Shown: piece after piece, positions 59,212-64,000 of the stretch | How positions within the stretch are numbered: position 1 is the stretch's first letter | Layout: the number at the start of each line of letters is the position of its first letter | Origin: Paraspadella gotoi | Lineage: Eukaryota > Animalia > Chaetognatha | NCBI GenBank assembly: GCA_051294375.1 | Contig: CM119267.1 | Span: 19,540,307-19,604,306 of the forward strand | Direction: 5' to 3' | DNA: 64,000 nt | Made by a program: the position numbers and the translations under genes | The notes under the pieces: model-generated | Databases searched by the model: none | What the model saw: the letters and a program-made list of their open reading frames with translations, nothing else | What the model was told of the DNA's origin: nothing

Positions 59212-61188
59212 CGACCCTTACCCGCCCTTCGAATTCTTAGCACAGCCGACGCCTTCGCCGCCACGCCCACTCTTCCGCCTCCTGCAGCAGCAAAAGCGGC
59301 AGTATCAGGCTGCGCCGCCTCCAACTGCTCGCTTTCCCTGCCTGCCGTCCCCTTCGCCGCTGCACATGGTCATCGAAATATTTTTTTTACTTTCGGAAAA
59401 AAGTCGGTCGGTACATCAATATAAGTTAATAATTTTTTCGTTTTTTGTTTAATCCGATCCAGGTGTATCACAAGAAACACTTGGTTCTATGATTATCGGG
59501 TTGTTTTTTTTGTTTTAAAAATTTTTCATTATCGGAGAATAGGCTTTTCTTTTTTTGGAGCCTCACTTTGTTTTGTTATTGTAGACATTTTAACATAAAA
59601 ACCAAATTTTTTTTACCCCTCATTGCAATAACTGGATAGTTTGCTATGGAACTCTGAATTATAAAATTTGCCTTAACAGCTATTTTACTGTTATATAAGT
59701 TTTCAAATACTAGCCTAAAGGTCTATATGGAAGCCCACGGCTGCGCAAGCACGCGCCATTTCACTGCATTTTAATGATTTCATTCATATATCAGGAAGCC
59801 GTTCCATATTTGACTTTTTGTCCGCCGTGTCCGGCCATGTGTAGTTATAATCCAAATGATTTTTTGAAATAAATTTTTTTTACAAAAATTCATACAACTT
59901 AATTTATTTTTTGTACAATATTCTTTTAAAAGAAATTTTTAACTTTGTACAATATTCTTTTAAAAGAAATTTTTAATTTTAACAAAAGAATAAACCTTAG
60001 TTTCCTTAACTAGGGACCAATTATAACTATGATAGAAAAAAAAAATAAAAAGCAAAAATTGAATAAAAAGAAGAAAGAAACATAATGTGAATAATCCAAT
60101 TATCAAATTTAACGCTGCCTGCCGACGACTCCTGTCGCAAGTTCTGCCTGCGCCGGGGGACGCTACCGTCACTTATTTTTTTTCGCGCTTCCAATGTTGC
60201 ATCAGTCGCCTTTCGCTTTGTTTTAAGCGCCTTTTTTTTTGATTATTAATCGCGGACTTTCCTTTCTATATTACTTAACCTTTTTGTTCACATTCCGATA
60301 CCTTTAATTCTCACCGCTCGTCATAATGTTTTCTTTTACACGACGATCTGCATAAACAGAAATTTTCCGGCGCGACCAATCTGCGAGAAGATCTGCGCGA
60401 ATCGCATGTTCGACGAAATCTTTCTGCTTCGACCCAAGGGTTTGAGGATTCTGGAGTTGCACGATGCGGCCTAATTTATTCGAACAAGGGCCAAACTATC
60501 TGAAAAAATTTTTTTCGTAAGGAAGCCAAATTTTAAAATATATTAGAACTAAAGCCTGCTGATGTAAACTAAAAAATATTTAGATACTTGATTAATTTAA
60601 TACGAAATTTTTTAGGTTTTCTAGGAATTGTCTTCTTTTACTGGTTTTTTACTAACAAAAAATTTTAGGAAATGCATCACAAGGAAAACCATGATAGAAT
60701 TTATTTTCTCTTTTATCCAAAATTTAAAAAATCATACAAACATATTTCCCATTTTATAACGCGTAACGGAATAAAGTTTTTTAAATATAACTACTTACAA
60801 TATAAACAGACCTATAAAAATCAACCAATTGCACTATTCGCATAGGTTTTTCCTGAGGAAAAAACCCTCTTTTCGATCACTTGCGCTGCCTCGGCGGGAA
60901 TCGCTCATCAAACTCGGTTTTTCGGTCCACCCGCCGGAAAACTCATCGACCCGCGGGAAATGACCATCCGGCAGTTTCGGATGGGCGGCGTTGCGGCGGC
61001 GGAAGCGACGCGCGGCGGCGAGGGAACGCGACTTTATAAGTCGACCTCATTCACCGTAATCTTCGACACTCGATCTCGTCACCAACTCACAAGATGAGAG
61101 CTCAGAGAGAGACAGATGAGAGGAGAGAAGAGAGAGAGAGAGGAGAGAAGAGAGAGAGGAGAGAGAGAGAGGAGAGAGAGAGAGACGG

Positions 61189-61220
<32 letters not shown>

Positions 61221-61407
61221 AGAAAAAAAAAAGAAAAGAAAGAAGAAAAGAAAGAAAAAGAAAGAAAAGAAACAAAAGAAAGAAGGGAAAGAGAAAGAAA
61301 GGAGAAAAAAAGCGATTGCAAAACTCACGTCTGGCAGAAGATGACCATAAAAACAAGAAACAGAAATAGAACCGAAGAGTCATAGCGACGAAAACAGGAC
61401 AGACAGA

Positions 61408-61486
<79 letters not shown>

Positions 61487-61691
61487 GAGAGAGACAGAGC
61501 GCGAGTGCAAGACACCCACATCGCGCGTGCGCAATCTCAGCCGGATCTGAATGCGGGAAAGTTGATTTGGTCTTGAGAGGAAAACCTCAGGCGTTTTCTA
61601 CTCCTCCCACTTTCTTTTTTATGGCCGAGTGTTAAAAAAAGAAGGTGTTAGATGAGAAGAGGGAGAGAGAGAGCGATGAGACAGGAGAGAG

Positions 61692-61723
<32 letters not shown>

Positions 61724-63684
61724 CGGGAGAGAGAGAGAGAGAGAGAGAAAGAGAGGGTTGGAGAAACGACATTGCTTCGCCAATAATAATTGTTCTTCCG
61801 CTATAAATAAACAAACACGTAGCGCAGGACTCAAAAAAAAACAAAACACATGCGGAGGGTTAAACATCCGGGGGGAGGGAAATATTTTTCTTCTTCTTTT
61901 ACCCCGACGCCACTTCCTTCACAATTCAAACACAAAAAACTTACCCTTCTCCCATCTTCCTCTCTACCGCTGCGATGGATAATCTTTATTCGATCTCGAA
62001 GGCTGAACTTGGAACTCAATACTTTCTCATCCCTGACCCCGACAGAACCTTACCCCAGGGCCTTTCCTCGCGCGAAACCTCACCCTCGCGAGAAACGGAA
62101 AAATCGTTTCCCTGTCGACGGAGACTCACCCTATCACCCACCACCAACCCCTACCCGATCCGCCGCTGCCGCCCTTCGGCTCCGCCAACGTCCCATTTCT
62201 CAAAAGAGAGGAAGACGAATGGCAGGTGCGGCTGCTGCCCGCGTTGCGCAGCACGCCGCGGCGCCGCCGTCCATTAGGCGACGGAGGCGCGGTGCGAGTG
62301 TGGCAATGCCGCTTATGGGGTTGCAGTGCCGCGGCGGGTTTATGGCGAAAACGATCGATGCTGACGCATTCACAAAAAAAAAAACAAGAGTCGACGGAGG
62401 CGAGAGAAAAGGTGCTGGGGGGAGGCAGAGAAAAGGGGCGCGGGGGTGCCGCACTGCGGAGAACCAAAACGAAAGGGGGAGAGAGAGAAAAGGGGATAAA
62501 AATGGACAAAGGGACAAACTGATGGAAAAACAAAAGGAGAAAGACGAGGGAAACAATCGAGGGATTCCATTCTTTTTTTTGGGGGGGGTTTTCTTTTTTT
62601 TTTTAGTAAATTGATAATACGCTTGTCCATTTCGTATTCGTGAAAGTTGAAGTTTAGGTTACATAAAAATGGATGTTAACTTTGTTAATTGGAGAAAAAT
62701 TAATGTTTTATCTTTATCTTGACTTTGGACTTAGGACTTTGGACTTAGGTAAAAAATGTTAGTTTTGGCCTTGGAATTAAAAATACTTGAAACTTCTGTC
62801 TCCAAGGTCAAAGACGAGATAATAATCATTTAATGAATGGATATTGTTTGTACAATTCCATTTAACATAGTATAGAATATAGAATCTTCGATGAGCAGCA
62901 TTATTCTACCCAAAAAAATAACCTTATTACGTCTCCTTTTCATTATTTCTCTCGCGAATTTCTTCTTTCACATCACATTTTTCGTTTGTTTTCGTCAGAT
63001 TCACTTCCGGCGAAAAAAGTCGAAGTTAGCTCGAGACCTGAAACCCGAGGCAGTCAACTTTAGCGATGAAAGAATTCGGGAAAAAAAATGGTTTCCGAGA
63101 CCCACAGAGTTTCTGACGTGAAGTGTCGATGATAGTGGGCGTTTTCACCAGGGGGCGCTGTCACTACGGCCCCGGATAAACAAGTGAACGTGGGAATTGG
63201 CGAGAGAAAAAAAAAGGATATTTTTTTTCTGTTTGTTTATCAACTATTAGATATTTATTCAATAATCTGTTCAATAATATGCAGTATAATAATAAATCGT
63301 TAGCTTCTGTCTCTTTTCCCCTTGAAACGTCTAAAATCACGGAGTAATATAATTTTTTTTTATCTTTTTTTTTTCCTTCATTTTTATCTATTTTCTCAAA
63401 TTCTCTTTCGCTTCTTCCTTTTCTCATTTATTTTTTTTTTTCGATCCGCAACACGCCCCCGCCCCCTGCCATCCATTTCTGCTTCATTGTTTTTCACCAT
63501 TTCTGCTCTTATATCTTCAATATTGTTCTCTTTTTTTTTTCTCGTTTTCCCCAAAGGCACGAGACGTCGCTTTTTCCCATTCGAAGGAAAAGAGCAAAAA
63601 GAAAGAAAAAAAAAAGAGCATCGAAACCGGAATCTTTCATTTTGTGTCTTTCGTCGCTTCGTCGCCTCCGTCGCCTCCGCGCAC

Positions 63685-63685
63685 T

Positions 63686-63773
<88 letters not shown>

Positions 63774-63774
63774 T
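63685..63774 (+). repeat. (CTTT)n microsatellite (also 46742-46791)
   Basis: Perfect tetranucleotide run. Confidence 0.95.
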
Positions 63775-64000
63775 TTTATTCGTTTCTTCGTTTTCGATTC
63801 CCGACGCCCGATTCTTGGAGGGCTTCTTCTCTTTTTTTTCTCTCTTTCCTTTCTTCTCTTTTTCTCCTCTCTTTCCTTTTTTCTCTTTTTCTCCTCTCTT
63901 TCCTTTCTTCTCTTTTACTCCTCTCTTTCCTTTTTTCTCTTTTTCTCCTCTCTTTTCTTTCTTCTCTTTTTTTCCTCTCCGTCCTTTCTTCTCTATTTCT

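Noticed and set aside
61850-62614. 254-aa ORF over a GC-rich island
   Set aside because: No recognisable domain, several overlapping frames are open, and it runs into a purine-rich low-complexity tract.

Overview
AT-rich, microsatellite-dense eukaryotic scaffold, probably an invertebrate (inferred), with 13 N-gaps and abundant CpG. Nearly all supplied ORFs are low-complexity or N-gap artefacts. One gene is well supported: a four-exon, plus-strand XK-related (Xkr/CED-8 family) multipass membrane protein at 48079-51636 (838 aa by manual splicing). It has an unusual Cys-rich insert, a long loop and about five extra C-terminal hydrophobic helices; the ORF track shows only its last exon. About half of the window is large duplications: inverted 338-8828 / 9541-18058, tandem 29720-35700 / 35787-42080, and inverted 55635-57395 / 57478-59211. 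These abut 25-N gaps and differ by scattered 1-bp indels, so they look like long-read gap-filling or amplification chimeras rather than biology. Also present are a DINE-1/Helentron-associated-like non-autonomous element family, two tRNA-derived SINE-like elements, an AT-rich MITE-like family, several minisatellites and some weak exon candidates. No prokaryotic systems, CRISPR arrays, rRNA or intact tRNA were found. All calls were made by eye, without database searches.
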